Assembly: GCA_016748015.1 (NCBI GenBank)
Contig: JAAOMT010000254.1
Location: forward strand, 124,001-188,000
Reading direction: 5' to 3'
Source: Geosiphon pyriformis uo1
Taxonomy: Eukaryota > Fungi > Glomeromycota
DNA length: 64,000 nt
Part shown: positions 39,349-52,152 of the stretch, one piece after another
Numbering within the stretch: the stretch's first letter is position 1
Layout: each line of letters opens with the position of its first letter
Position numbers and translations under genes: made by a program
Notes under the pieces: generated by a model
The model's database searches: none
The model's input: the letters and a program-made list of their open reading frames with translations, nothing else
What the model was told of the DNA's origin: nothing

Positions 39349-40656
39349 ATGGACTTGGACAACTACTCTGCTTTAATGAAATTTTTGGGTAAAAGACAAT
39401 ACCCGCCAGACTATACTCGACAGCAAAAAGAACATTTGTGCAAACAATCAAATTTCTATTTGATTTGCCAGAACTAGTTATATAAAAAAAATAAAAAAGA
39501 TCCTAACTGCCCTCAGAGAGTCATTAGATTTGAAGAAAAAGAAATTGTGATCTACAATATGCACACTGATCCATTAGCTGGACACTTTGGAAAAACAAAA
39601 ACAATTCAGAAAACTTTAGCTCGCTATTATTGGCCTACCTTGAGAAAAGACATTGCTGAATACATCAAAACCTGTGATACCTGCCAAAGAAGAGGAAAAT
39701 TCAATCGCAAGGAAGATATCCATCCAATCTCTGTTGGTCAACTATTTGATAGAATTGGTATAGATGTTGTTGAATCTTTAACAGTAACTTCTGATGGCAA
39801 CAGATACATTATCACAGCTACCGACTATCTTACAAAGTGGGTAGAAGCAAGAGCCACCCCAGATCAAACAGCAGTTTCAATTGCCAATTTCATTTATGAA
39901 GATATTATCTGTCATCACAGCTGCCCCAAAGAACTTTTATCTGATAGAGGAAGAGCTTTTCTCAGTATACTGGTTGAAGAACTTTGCAGAAAAATGAGAA
40001 TACGTTATAAACTCTCTTCCTCTTATCACCCCCAAACAAATGGCCTAGTGGAATGTTTCAATAGAACACTATGTGAAACCCTAGCCAAAACCAGTGAAGA
40101 AACCAACCTATGGGAGAAAGTATTGCCTTCAGCCTTGTTTGCTTACAGAACTGTGAATTATGACATAACAAGTTATGAACCCTTTTATCTGCTCTATAGA
40201 CAAATGGCAACTCTACCAATAAAAACAAATATAGAAACAATACCTTTTAAAGAAATAACAATAGGAGATTACAAAGACATTTTGCAAAAAAGACTTGGTA
40301 CCATTCTTGACTCATTAGTAGAAGCATGGATAATTGCCTTTGAAAAGATAAAACAGGTCCAAGAGAAGCTCAAAAAGAAAAAGACCTATAAAACACTTTC
40401 TTTAAGTGTTGGTGACTTAGTTTTGGAATACCATTCAGACAGAGACAATGTCTATGGTGATAAATTCTCCAACTGGTGGAAAGGACCCTTTATAGTCAAC
40501 AAAGTTTTGAACAATGGTTTTTATATCTTACAAGATCAATATGGAACAATATTCAGTGATCGCCCTGTTTATGGCATGTGACTCAAGAAATATCACAAAC
40601 GACCTGATTGGTTACCTGTTGTGGTAATACCGACCCAAATGATCAGCAAAAATTAG
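39349..40656 (+). pseudogene. Stand-alone integrase ORF of B1 (HHCC, DDE, GPF)
   Basis: ATG 39349 in a different frame from RNase H; H..GH..C..C, IGID, LSDRG, NGLVE, WKGPF; no chromodomain. Confidence 0.92.
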
Positions 40657-40703
40657 ATATAAATAAATGCATCATTCCCAAAACAGAGGTATCTTCAATC
40701 AAC

Positions 40704-41360
40704 ATGAACAATTATTTCCTGGATTAAAACATTCAAAACATTTTCTATACTCTTCATGAGTACTGGATCAAGAACTATCCAAATGCTACTCTGACTATCG
40801 AAAAACAAACCACCATAACAGACAACAATAGAACTCACACTGTTATCAGACCAAAAAAAACAACTACCAGAAGAGAAAGAATTGGTGGCAAAATAGATAA
40901 ATACCTGCTGGAAAGCATAACAGCAGTAATACTTTCACCTTCCAGCACAATTGGAAAAATGATACAAGAAATCTTGCCCATAGACAAAAACTTGTCATAT
41001 GGAAAACAACTAGAACTCTATGGTTGTCTTAGTGAAATCATAGAAAACATGAAGCTTATGAAGAAAACAACTTCAGAGATACAAGTGGAAATTTTGGGCA
41101 TTATATGATTGGATGTCCCAAGAGTTTTGACCATTGCTAAAAAAGCCAGAACTCTTATACAAAGATTTGGTCTCTTGGATACAAAGCTTATTTCGCTTCA
41201 AGTACTATATACTCTATCCACAAAAAACTTCAACAAATTAGTTAGTTTCGAGTTAGACAAAACCCTTCACATAGACTATCCCATAAATAGTTTGATTTTG
41301 CCAGAGCTCAATCTCTTTGGAGAGGATGATGTTATGGTTAAAACACATAGTTTTTATTAA
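40704..41360 (+). pseudogene. Additional 3' ORF (~218 aa, unknown function) of B1, ending inside the 3' LTR
   Basis: ATG 40704 is in frame with 41109-41360, with two premature stops. Conserved in B2 (46222-46878) and B3. Confidence 0.8.
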
Positions 41361-44259
41361 TTATCACATGTATTAGCCACTGATGTCATATAATTAGCCA
41401 CCCTATTTTTAGATAGTGATTGTTGACCTGATCAATGACCTGACCGTTGACCTGATCATTGACCTGATCATTGATCTAATCAATGACCTGATCATTGACC
41501 TGATCATTGACCTGATCATTGACCTAATCATTGACCTGGTCGTTGACCACTTTAGATAGCTATATAAGCAATGATTCCCTTAGCTGTAGAAAGACATGAT
41601 CAAAGTAATAAAATAAACAATATTAATTACTTCCTTTTATAATTGCTTATTCCTCTTTCTTTATCTTCAAGTATCTACTTGTTGGCATTCACATACCTTA
41701 TCTTTTCCCCTTCTTGATTTGTATTTGTTAGAATTAGCCTGAGAAGCAATTGGCTTGCTCTTGTAATTCATTGAATAAAGAAACGATTGAAAAGTACAAT
41801 GATATCTGTTATTGATTCTAAGAATTGCCAAGTTGAGGCATAGAATAATAGCAGCAGTGTTATCTTGTTGACAATCACGGACTATTCCTCTACCTTTAGA
41901 TTTAAGAAAAGATTAGTGACTGTTATTTTTATGAGACTGATCACGCACATTGAATTCCTACTTATTCAATTTGCTCCTTTATTGTAATTCCTTCTTTGTT
42001 TATTTCCATCACCATACAATACTGTTCTCCCTTGCTATCCGTTAGCTTGTTACTCCAATCCGTAACAGTAGTATTCAAGAAAAGTGGAACTTTACACTTT
42101 TGTGTCAACTATTACAAATTAAATGCCATTACTATAAGAAACATATACTTATTTCCCAAAATTAATGCAATGCTAGACAAATTCAATGGTGCTGCTTTTT
42201 TCTTAACTATTAACTTAATTGCTGAATTCTGGCAAGTAAAGATGAATTCAGAAAGTAGAAAAAAAACTGCTTTTATTACCAAGTATGGCAACTACAAATT
42301 CACAGTTATGTCTTTTGATCTTACTAATGTTTCTCTCACTTTCAATGTCTAATAGACAAAGTGATTAAATTAGTAAAAGAAAACTTTGTTCTAGTCTGTT
42401 TGGATGACATAATGGTATATTCAAAAATCTGGGATAAACATCTTAAACACCTGCAAAAAGTTTTTGATCTCTTTATAAATACTGGCCTTACGATAAACTT
42501 AATCAAATCTTTTTTTGGATAACAATTCACCCAGTTCTTTGGTTATCTTATTACAAAAGATGGAATCTTCTCTGACCTAGCTAAAGTTGAAAAAGTTCAG
42601 AATATTAAACAACCAATGAATATTCCTGAATTACACTTTTTTCTTGGTTTGACTTTTACTATCATAAATTTATCAAAAACTTCTCCAATTTTGCCTTTTT
42701 TTTTAATCAGCTATTTAGAAAAAATGTTAATTATTACTGGAACACTTATCAACAAAAAGCTTTTAAAACTCTGAAAAAAAAACTTGTTACTAAACCAATC
42801 CTTAAACAACCTAATTTAGACCAATCTTTTATTCTGCACACTGATGTATCTGGCTATAGACTTGGTGTTGTTCTCTTACAGAAAGATAAAAATAGCAAAA
42901 AACATACTATAGCATATGCCAGTAGAACTCTTATACCAGCAGAAAAAAACTATTCAATTACTGAACAAGAATGCCTAGCAGTAGTTTGGACTACTAGTTA
43001 CTGAGACCAATATCTTCTTGGTGTTAAATTTCTAGTAGTAACAGATCATCAAGCCTTGGTTTAGCTGCACAATAAAAAGAATCTAGAACACAAATAAATA
43101 ACTTGCTAGATACTTTATCTGGATGAATTTGACTATAATATTTAACACCACAAAAAAGCAAATCATTAAAATACCAACACTTTTTCTAAATTTACCATTT
43201 AGTAATAATACAACCTTTCAACCAAACCAACTTAATTATTAATAATATTGTTATAAGTTAGAATAACAAGTTAATGGATAGCAAAAGAGAACAGAATTGT
43301 AGGGTAATAAAAGAAATCAAAGAGAATTCAACTTCAAAGAATGAATTAAATGAGTATGGATTCAATGTGTGAGATCAGTCTCATAAAATATCTTAGTTAC
43401 TATACTTTTCAAAAGATAACCAGGAAATCTGAAGATAGAGAGATAGTCTGTACTATTAACAAATGATCACACACTGGTATAATTCTATGCTTCATGTTAG
43501 TGCTATTATAATTTAATATCAGGTATTAGATATATTTTTTAGTCACATTTTATTCAATAATCTTCAAATGCTGCAATTACATGTTTTAGGAAAGAGTAAA
43601 AAATAACCAACAAGTAATCTTTTATTCCAATATGTTCGGATACTTGAAGGTAGAGAAAGAGAATTTAGTAATAAGAAAAGTATTAAGATGAAATCGTTAT
43701 TTTATTTCTTTTATTTCTTTTATTTTTATATGCTTTTCTATAGTTAAGAGATTCATTGCTTATATAGTTATCAAAAGTAGTCAATGATCAGATTAATGAC
43801 TAGGTCAATGATCAGGTCAACAGTCAAATCATTGATCAGATTAATAATTACTATCTAAAAATAAAGTGGCTAATTATATAATATCAGTGGCTAATACATA
43901 TGATAATTAATAAAAAGTATAGGTTTTAACCATAACATTATCCTCTCTAAAGAGATTAAGCTCTGACAAAATCAAGCTATTCATTATGTAATCTATTTGA
44001 AGAGTTTTATCTAGCTCAAAGCTAACTAGTTTGTTAAAGTCTTTTGTAAATAGGATATATAATATTTGAGATAAAATAAGTTTTATATTCAAGAGACCAA
44101 ATCTTTGTATTAGAGTTTTGGTTCTTTTAGCAATAGCTAAAACTCTTGGGACATCTAACCATATAATGCCCAAAATTTCTGTCTGTATCTCTGAAGTTGT
44201 TTTTTTCATGAGTTTTATATCCTCTATAATTTCTTCAAGATAACCATAGAGCTCTAATT

Positions 44260-45341
44260 TTTTATTTTTTTATTTTTTTTTTGTTAAAGTGTAGTTATAC
44301 TGGTCTTTTATTAATTTAGCCACACTTAAAAAGCATGGCTTTTTCATAAAGTCAACTCACCCAATAATCTAAATTACAAGATATGGCTAACCATTAAGTA
44401 GCTATGCCTAACTACACACTAGTATAACCAGAAAATTTAAGGAGTATTACACTATTATCTAAAGCAATTCTATTACAAAAAACATTAATCAGTATCTTAT
44501 TACACTATGAAAATCTATTATCTATCTTAACTTTAGCTTTACTGTTATTATCACAACCACTCCCTAATATTTTATGTATGTTGGACACATCTGATGGGTT
44601 TCTCTTAACTTTGTTATCAATACCTACTGATTTTTCTTACTTAGTTTGTAATTTGTATTGTTCATCTTATAATCTACTTTTTGCTTGAGCCACTACCTAT
44701 TTACACATTTTAATTAATATATTATTACAAGTTTTATGATCAATGTTAGTGAAAGTGTTGATTCTTTTAAATTGCTTATTGATCAATTTTTTGTATAGTA
44801 GATCTATATTGGGTGTTAACATAATGTACTCATTAAACAGGACCAACTTCTTACCAGAGTTTAAGGTTTTGTGTTTTTTTCCCACAGTCTTTAATAAGCA
44901 TTGCATCCACTTATTTTTTATTTTGTCTATCAGTGTCTTGTTCTTTTGAGTATTCAAAAAGCATTCTCAAAAGTAATGGTTGGTTTCCACTTCTATGTGA
45001 CATATTTTGCAAAGATTAGTCAAATACATAAAGAAATACCTATTATACAGCACTTTTACTATTGGCAGCATGTTGTAAAATAATTTTATAATAAATGTAC
45101 ACATTGTCAAGAAACTGGCTGAGGTGAAGCCAAAAGACATTTTACTATTCCAATTCCAAACTTTGATTGTGCTTTTCCAGTCTATCTTTTAGTCTAAGAG
45201 TCCTAATGTCTCTTGGACTTTATTATTGCTTATCTATTTTAAAGCTGTTTGAAGTCTGATCTGTTGGCTCAGAAAGTGTTTGATATTTAGATTCAATTCA
45301 ATTCCTTTGCAATTAAGAACATAGCTGGTATTTTTTATTAT
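44260..45341 (-). mobile_element. 5'-truncated non-LTR retrotransposon insertion
   Basis: Poly(A) tail (T-run 44260-44282) and 14-bp TSD atagagctctaatt (44246-59) / atagagttctaatt (45342-55), inside the B3 3' ORF. Confidence 0.8.
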
Positions 45342-48300
45342 ATAGAGTTCTAATTGCCTTTTATATGACAAATTTTTGTCTATGGGCAAAATTTTTTGGA
45401 TTGTTTTTCCAATTGTGCTAGAAGGTGAGAGTATAACTGCTGTTATACTTTCTAACAGATATTTATCTATTTTGCTACCAATTCTTTTTCTTCTGGTAGT
45501 GGTGTTACGGGTTGGAGTAACAAGCTAATGGATAGCAAGGGAGAACAATATTGTATAGTGATGGAAATAAACAAAGAGGAAATTACAATAAGGGAGTGAA
45601 TTGAATAAGTAGGAATTCAATGTGTGTGATCAGTCTTATAAAAATAACAATCGCTAATCTTTTCTTAAATCTGAAGGTAGAGGAATAGTCTGTGATTGTC
45701 AACAAGATAACACTGCTGCTATTATTCTATGCCTCAACTCAGCAATTCTTAGAATCAATAACAGGTATCATTGTACTTTTCAATTATTTCTTTATTCAAT
45801 GAATTACAAGAGCAAGCCAATTGCTTCTCAGGCTAATTCTAACAAATACAAATCAAGAAAAGAAAAAGATAAGATATGTAAATGCCAACAAGTAGATACT
45901 TGAAGGTAAGAAAAGGGGAATAAGCAATTATGAGAGGAAGTAATTGATATTGTTTATTTCGTTACTTTGATCATGTCTTTCTACAGCTAAGAGAATCATT
46001 GCTTATATAGCTATCTAAAGTAGTTAACAACCAGGTCAACAATCAGATCAATGATCAGGTCAACAATTAGGTCAATGATCAGGTTATTAATCAGGTCAAT
46101 GATCAGGTCAATGATCAGGTCAATGATCAGGTCAATGGTCAGATCATTGATCAGATCAACAATCATTATCTAAAAATAGAGTGGCTAATTATATGACATC
46201 AGTGGCTAATACATGTGATAATTAATAAAAACTATGTGTTTCAACCGTAATATTATCCTCTTCAAAGAGATTGAGCTCTAGTGAAATTAAACTATTTATG
46301 AGATAGTCTATGTGAAGAGTTTTGTCTAACTCGAAACTAACTAGTTTGTTGAAGTCTTTTGTGAATAGGGTATATAATACTTGAGGTGAAATAAGTTTTG
46401 TATCTAAGAGACCAAATCTTTGTATAAGAGTTCTGGCTCTTTTAGCAATGGTCAAAACTCTTGGGACATTCAATCGTATAATGCCCAAAATTTCCACTTG
46501 TATCTCTGAAGTTGTTTTCTTCATGAGCTTCATGTTTTCTATGATTTCACCAAGACGACCATAGAGTTTTAGTTGTCTTCCATATGACAAGTTTTTGTCT
46601 ATGGGCAAGATTTCTTGTATCATTTTTCCAATTGTGCTGGAAGGTGAAAGTATCACTGCTGTTATGCTTTCCAGCAGGTATTTATCTATTTTGCCACCAA
46701 TTCTTTCTCTTCTGGTAGTTGTTTTTTTTGGTCTGATAACAGTGTGAGTTCCACTGTTATCTGTTATAGTAGTTTGTTTTCCAATAGTCAGAGTAGCATT
46801 TAGATAGTTCTTGATTCAGTACTCATGGAGAGTATAGAAAGTGTTTTGAATGTTTTAATCCAGGAAATAATTGTTCATGTCAATTGAAGATACCTCTGTT
46901 TTGGGAATGGTGTATTTATTTATATCTAATTTTTGCTGATTATTTGGGTCAGTATTACCACAACAGATAACCAATCAGGTCGTTTGTGATATTTCTTGAG
47001 TTGCATGCCATAAACAGGGCAATCACTGAATATTGTTCCATATTGATCTTGTAGAATATATGAATCATTGTTCAAAACTTTGTTGACTATAAAAGGTTCT
47101 TTCTAGCAGCTGGAGAATTTATCACCATAGACATTGTCTCTGTCTAAATGGTATTCTAAAACTAAGTCACCAACACTTAAGAAAAGTGTTTTATAGGTCT
47201 TTTTCTTTTTGAGCTTCTCTTGGACCTGTTTTATCTTTTCAAAGGCAATTATCCGTGTTTCTACCAATAAGTCAAGAATAGTACCAAGTCTTCTTTGCAA
47301 AATGTCCTTGTAATCTCCTATTGTTATTTCTTTAAAAGGTATTGTTTCTATATTCGTTTCTATTGGTAAAGTTGCCATTTGTCCATAGAACAGATAAAAG
47401 GGTTCATAATTTGTTATGTCATGATTTATGGTTCTGTAGACAAACAAAGCTGAAGGCAATACTTTGTCCCATAGGTTGGTTTTTTCACTGGTTTTGGCTA
47501 GAGTTTCACATAGTGTTCTATTGAAACATTCCACTAAACCATTTGTTTGGGGGTGATAAGAAGAAGAGAGTTTATGACATATTCCCATTTTTCTGCAAAG
47601 TTCTTCAACCAGTGTACTGAGAAAAGCTTTTTCTTTATCAGATAAAAGTTCTTTGGGGCAGCTGTGGCAACAGATAATATCTTTATAAATGAAATTGGCA
47701 ATTGAGACTGCTGTTTGATCTGGGGTGGCTCTTGCTTCTACTCACTTTGTAAGATAATCAGTAGCTGTGATAATGTATCTGTTGCCATCAGGAGTTACTG
47801 TTAAAGGTCCAACAACATCTATACCAATTCTGTCAAATAGTTGACCAACAAAGATCAGGTGGATATTTTCCTTGCGATTGGGTTTTCCTCTTCTTTGGCA
47901 GGTATCACAGGTTTTGATGTATTCAGCAATGTCTTTTCCCAAGGTAGGCCAATAATAGCAAGTTAAAGTTTTCTGAATCGTTTTTGTTTTTCCAAAGTGT
48001 CCAGCTAATGGATCAGTGTATATATTGTAGATCACAATTTCTTTTTCTTCAAATCTAATGACTCTCTGGGGGCGGTCAGGATTTTTTTTATTTCTTTTAT
48101 ATAACTGGTTCTGGCGAATCAAATAGAAATTTGATTGTTTGTGCAAATGTTCTCTTTGCTGTCGAGTATAGTCCGGCAGATATTGTCCTTTACCCAAAAA
48201 TTTCATTAAAGCAGAGTAGTTGTCCAAGTCCATTATCATGTTTGTTTGTGAGGGAGTTACAAATAATTAAGTTGGTTTGGTTTGGGAGGGTTTTACTATC

Positions 48301-49001
48301 ACTGGATGGTAATTCTGAAGAGAGCATCGGTGTTTTGATAATTAGCTCTTTTGCGGTGTTGAATGTCATAGTTGAATTCATCCAAGTAGAGTATCCAGTG
48401 AGTTATCTATTTATGTTCCAGGTTTCTTTTGTTGCATAGCCAAACCAAAGCTTGATGATTTATTACCACCAAAAATTTTACACCTTTAAGATATTTGTCC
48501 CAGTAGCTGGTAGCCCAAACTACTGCTAAGCATTCTTGTTCTGTGACTGAGTAGTTCCTTTCTGCTGGTGTGAGAGTTCTACTAACATATGCTATGGTGT
48601 GTTCTCTGTTATTTTCATTTTTCTGGGAAAGAACAGCATCAAGTTCATAGCCAGATGCATCAATATGGAGAATAAAAGGTTGATTCAGATTAAGTTGCAT
48701 GAGGATAGGTTCTGTAACCAGTTTTTCCTTCAGAATTTCAAATGCTTTTTGTTGATGAGTGCCTCAGTGATAATTGATGTTTTTCCTAAGTAGCTGATTG
48801 AGAGGAGTGGCAATTTTGGAGAAATCCTTGACAAACTTGTGATAATAAGAGACTAAACCAAGAAAAAAGCATAGTTCATGAACATTCATTAGTTGTCTAA
48901 TGTTTTGAACTTTTTTAATTTTGGCTGGATCAGGGAAAATTCCATCTTTTGTAATAAGATGACCAAAGAACTGGGTGGATTGACGTTGTTACCGGAGGTT
49001 T

Positions 49002-49600
49002 NNNNNNNNNNNNNNNNNNNNNNNNNNNNNNNNNNNNNNNNNNNNNNNNNNNNNNNNNNNNNNNNNNNNNNNNNNNNNNNNNNNNNNNNNNNNNNNNNNN
49101 NNNNNNNNNNNNNNNNNNNNNNNNNNNNNNNNNNNNNNNNNNNNNNNNNNNNNNNNNNNNNNNNNNNNNNNNNNNNNNNNNNNNNNNNNNNNNNNNNNNN
49201 NNNNNNNNNNNNNNNNNNNNNNNNNNNNNNNNNNNNNNNNNNNNNNNNNNNNNNNNNNNNNNNNNNNNNNNNNNNNNNNNNNNNNNNNNNNNNNNNNNNN
49301 NNNNNNNNNNNNNNNNNNNNNNNNNNNNNNNNNNNNNNNNNNNNNNNNNNNNNNNNNNNNNNNNNNNNNNNNNNNNNNNNNNNNNNNNNNNNNNNNNNNN
49401 NNNNNNNNNNNNNNNNNNNNNNNNNNNNNNNNNNNNNNNNNNNNNNNNNNNNNNNNNNNNNNNNNNNNNNNNNNNNNNNNNNNNNNNNNNNNNNNNNNNN
49501 NNNNNNNNNNNNNNNNNNNNNNNNNNNNNNNNNNNNNNNNNNNNNNNNNNNNNNNNNNNNNNNNNNNNNNNNNNNNNNNNNNNNNNNNNNNNNNNNNNNN
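49002..49600. other. Assembly gap (N run) inside the A2 3' LTR
   Basis: Run of N. Confidence 1.
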
Positions 49601-49874
49601 CAAACTACAAGTTATTTCTGCAAACTATTAGATATTTTGGTGAACTATCAATTATTTCAGTAAATTTCTATAAATTTTGGCAAACTTTTGAATGTTATAT
49701 AGTTTGGGATATTGCATGATTGATCATCACAATTAGGTTACATTTGTGTTGTGTACAATTTAGGTTATTAATTAAATGATAATTTCAGACATTTTTTTTT
49801 TGCTAATGTAATAAGTGATAATTTGAATGATAATATATGCTAATTAATAAGAGGAATTATAAGATAGTTTCATG

Positions 49875-50552
49875 CTAAATGATATCTCTAATTTTGTCTG
49901 GTAACATAACCTTCTCCTCAAGACTGAGCTCCGTCGAAGTCCAAGTATTGTTTGTTATTTCCAGATAATAATCCAAAATTATTGAAAAAATTTGGTCTGA
50001 AAATTGTTGAAATTTCAGTTCTGTGAGCTTTTCAATGTATTGAATCTTCAAAGGTTGAAAAATTGGGTTTTGTAGTACGTTTTCACAGGTGTGAAATAGG
50101 TCATAAAGTTTAAGAGCAGCTCTGAGCCTGTAGCGACTGTTTGTTGATCCAGCTGTTGTCTTGAATTCGTTGTGGAGTTGTTTCTGAATAGCTTCTTTTG
50201 TGAGGTTTGCTGTTGTAAGTTTCAGTTTCTGTTCATAGAGTGTTTTTCCAATGTGAAAATATCTATAGATTGGAGGATATTGAGTGTTTTTCTCATTGAG
50301 ACACAGTTGAAGTCTTTGTTGAATTGTAGCATTTGGTGGAATACTAATCGGAGTGAGCATTAGATTTTCTCTTAAAGCAAGCTTTAAAAGTTCTGGCAGG
50401 TGAATTCCAGTATAACTTTTTGTGTTCTTTTTATACGGGTAATATTTTTGTGAATTTGGGGCTAAATTTGTAACTACTTCTGTTTGGGTATAATTAATAT
50501 GGTTTTCAGTAACAGTAATAGATAATTTGGGTATTGTTTTTAAAGCTAACAT
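49875..50552 (-). CDS. Additional 3' ORF of A2 (225 aa, uninterrupted, unknown function), ending inside the 3' LTR
   Basis: Open ORF between the integrase stop (50718) and the LTR. No signal peptide or TM run visible; aligns by eye with the B 3' ORF. Confidence 0.75.
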   Translation of the reverse strand: MLALKTIPKLSITVTENHINYTQTEVVTNLAPNSQKYYPYKKNTKSYTGIHLPELLKLALRENLMLTPISIPPNATIQQRLQLCLNEKNTQYPPIYRYFHIGKTLYEQKLKLTTANLTKEAIQKQLHNEFKTTAGSTNSRYRLRAALKLYDLFHTCENVLQNPIFQPLKIQYIEKLTELKFQQFSDQIFSIILDYYLEITNNTWTSTELSLEEKVMLPDKIRDII

Positions 50553-50717
50553 TAGTTTTTTGAGATAATTATTGAATGTTTTGAGGAATAGTTATTATAA
50601 GCAATTTGAAATAAAAGAAAATTATTTTTTGGTGCATGGGTTTTTATGTTATTTTTGTTTTGTTTTTATGAGATTGTTTCTAAATTATAAGAAGATAACT
50701 ATAATAATAAATTTAAA

Positions 50718-52103
50718 TTAAGTGTTCAAGTTGGGAGGCTGTTCAATGACAACTACTGGTTCTAAATTTCGGGGAATGTCTTCGGGATTGATTAAAAGGG
50801 AATGTGTACCAATTTGTAGAATTAATGGTTCAGGATTGTTTCTGGAATTATAGTGTTTCAAATGATCTCTATGTGTAACTTTTGCTAGAATTTTGTCATC
50901 AAGTCTTAGCTTGTATGATCCGTTGCCTAAAACTTCATGGATAAAAAATGGTCTATCCCATTTATTTTCAAATTTTCCACTCCATTGTTTTTCAGCTTTA
51001 GTTCTGTATAAGAGAACTTTGTTTTTAATTTTAAATTTATTGGTAATTGGAGGCAATTTGTCATTATGCCGTTCTTTTTGTCGAGCTTGAGAGTTTTCAA
51101 TATGGGTGGCTGCTATTTATCGTTTTCCTTCTAACATGCTAAGCAGAGTATAAGCTCTTCATTGAAGTGTTTCCTGAAAATTGTTTTTATTGATTGGTTG
51201 TGCTGGGTATGTTTCCACTGTGAACTTAATTGGTAGCATTGCTGTCCTTCCGTAAGTTAAATCAAATGGTGTGTGTTTTGTGGTATCTTGTTTTAGTGTT
51301 CTATATGCTAGTAACACTGATGGAATAAAGATATCCCATTCTTGCTCAAAATTGGTTGAAACTTTGGCTAATAACTCACACAATGTTCTGTTAAAACGTT
51401 CTACAAATCCGTTTATTTGTGGATGGTAGGGCAAAGACAGAGGTCTTTTGACATTGAATTATTTGCAAATTTCTTGTATTAGGTTGTTCACAAAATGTGT
51501 TCCCTGATCAGATAAAAGTTTAATTGGACATCTGTGTCTATAAATGATGTCTTTGTAGATAAAATTTGCTACTGATTTCGCATCTGCTCATTGAATGACT
51601 CTGGCTTCAGGCCATTTAGTAAGATAGTCTACAGCTATTGCAATATAATGGTTTTCTTGAGTGGTAATAGATAATGGTCCGATTAAATCGATACCAACTC
51701 AGTCAAAGGGTTGTCCAACTTTGATTGAATTTAATGGTTCAGTAGGGCGTGTTCCTCCTCTTCTTTGACAACTATCACAAGATTCGACATATTCATAAAT
51801 GTCTTTCTTCATTTGAGGCCAAAAGTAGTATTCTAGTGTTTTTTGGGTGGTGCTATCTTTTCCAAAGTGTGCTGATGAAGGATCTGAGTGCATGTTGTAT
51901 AATATGGTCTCTTTTTTCTGTTCTTGTATTAATCTGAGTGGTTTGTCTGGGTTTTTGAAATTTCGATGATAAATAATGTTGTTGTATAGAAAATATTGTT
52001 TGGCTTGTTGTTGTAGTCAATGTTTTTCATTTGAAGACCAATCTGTTGGGATTGTTAATGTTTCCAAATATTGTTTGAGATTGTTGTAGTTTTCTGAATT
52101 CAT
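50718..52103 (-). pseudogene. Stand-alone integrase ORF of A2
   Basis: ATG 52103, 49 nt after the RNase H stop (52153-55); HHCC, DQG, NGFVE, WDRPF. Confidence 0.9.
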
Positions 52104-52152
52104 TGTTTGTTGGCTTTTTTGGTTGGTTAAGTTGAGTGTTGGTTTTTGTTTT

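Larger units (their letters stand above)
34268..42067 (+). mobile_element. Full-length Ty3/Gypsy family B copy B1 (7.8 kb)
   Basis: Two 738-bp LTRs (34268-35005, 41330-42067), 4-bp TSD GTAG, PBS 35012-35030 and PPT GGAGAGGATGA just before 41330. Confidence 0.97.
30390..43248 (+). mobile_element. Ty3/Gypsy family B copy B0 (old; 5' LTR 30390-31124; interrupted by B1 at 34268-42067 and by B3 at 43249)
   Basis: LTR TGTTATAG...CATAACA and PBS TGGTGCTCTCTGT. gag/PR 31180-34267; RT-RH resumes at 42068 and ends ~43205. Confidence 0.9.

Noticed and set aside
40440-40656. Chromodomain at the integrase C-terminus
   Set aside because: The ORF ends shortly after the GPF/SH3-like region, with no chromodomain signature.
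48893-49663. Long ORFs 48893-49663 and 48989-49603
   Set aside because: Artefacts of the N gap.
49875-50552. 3' ORF as an envelope gene
   Set aside because: No signal peptide, transmembrane run or cleavage-site/fusion-peptide pattern; too short.
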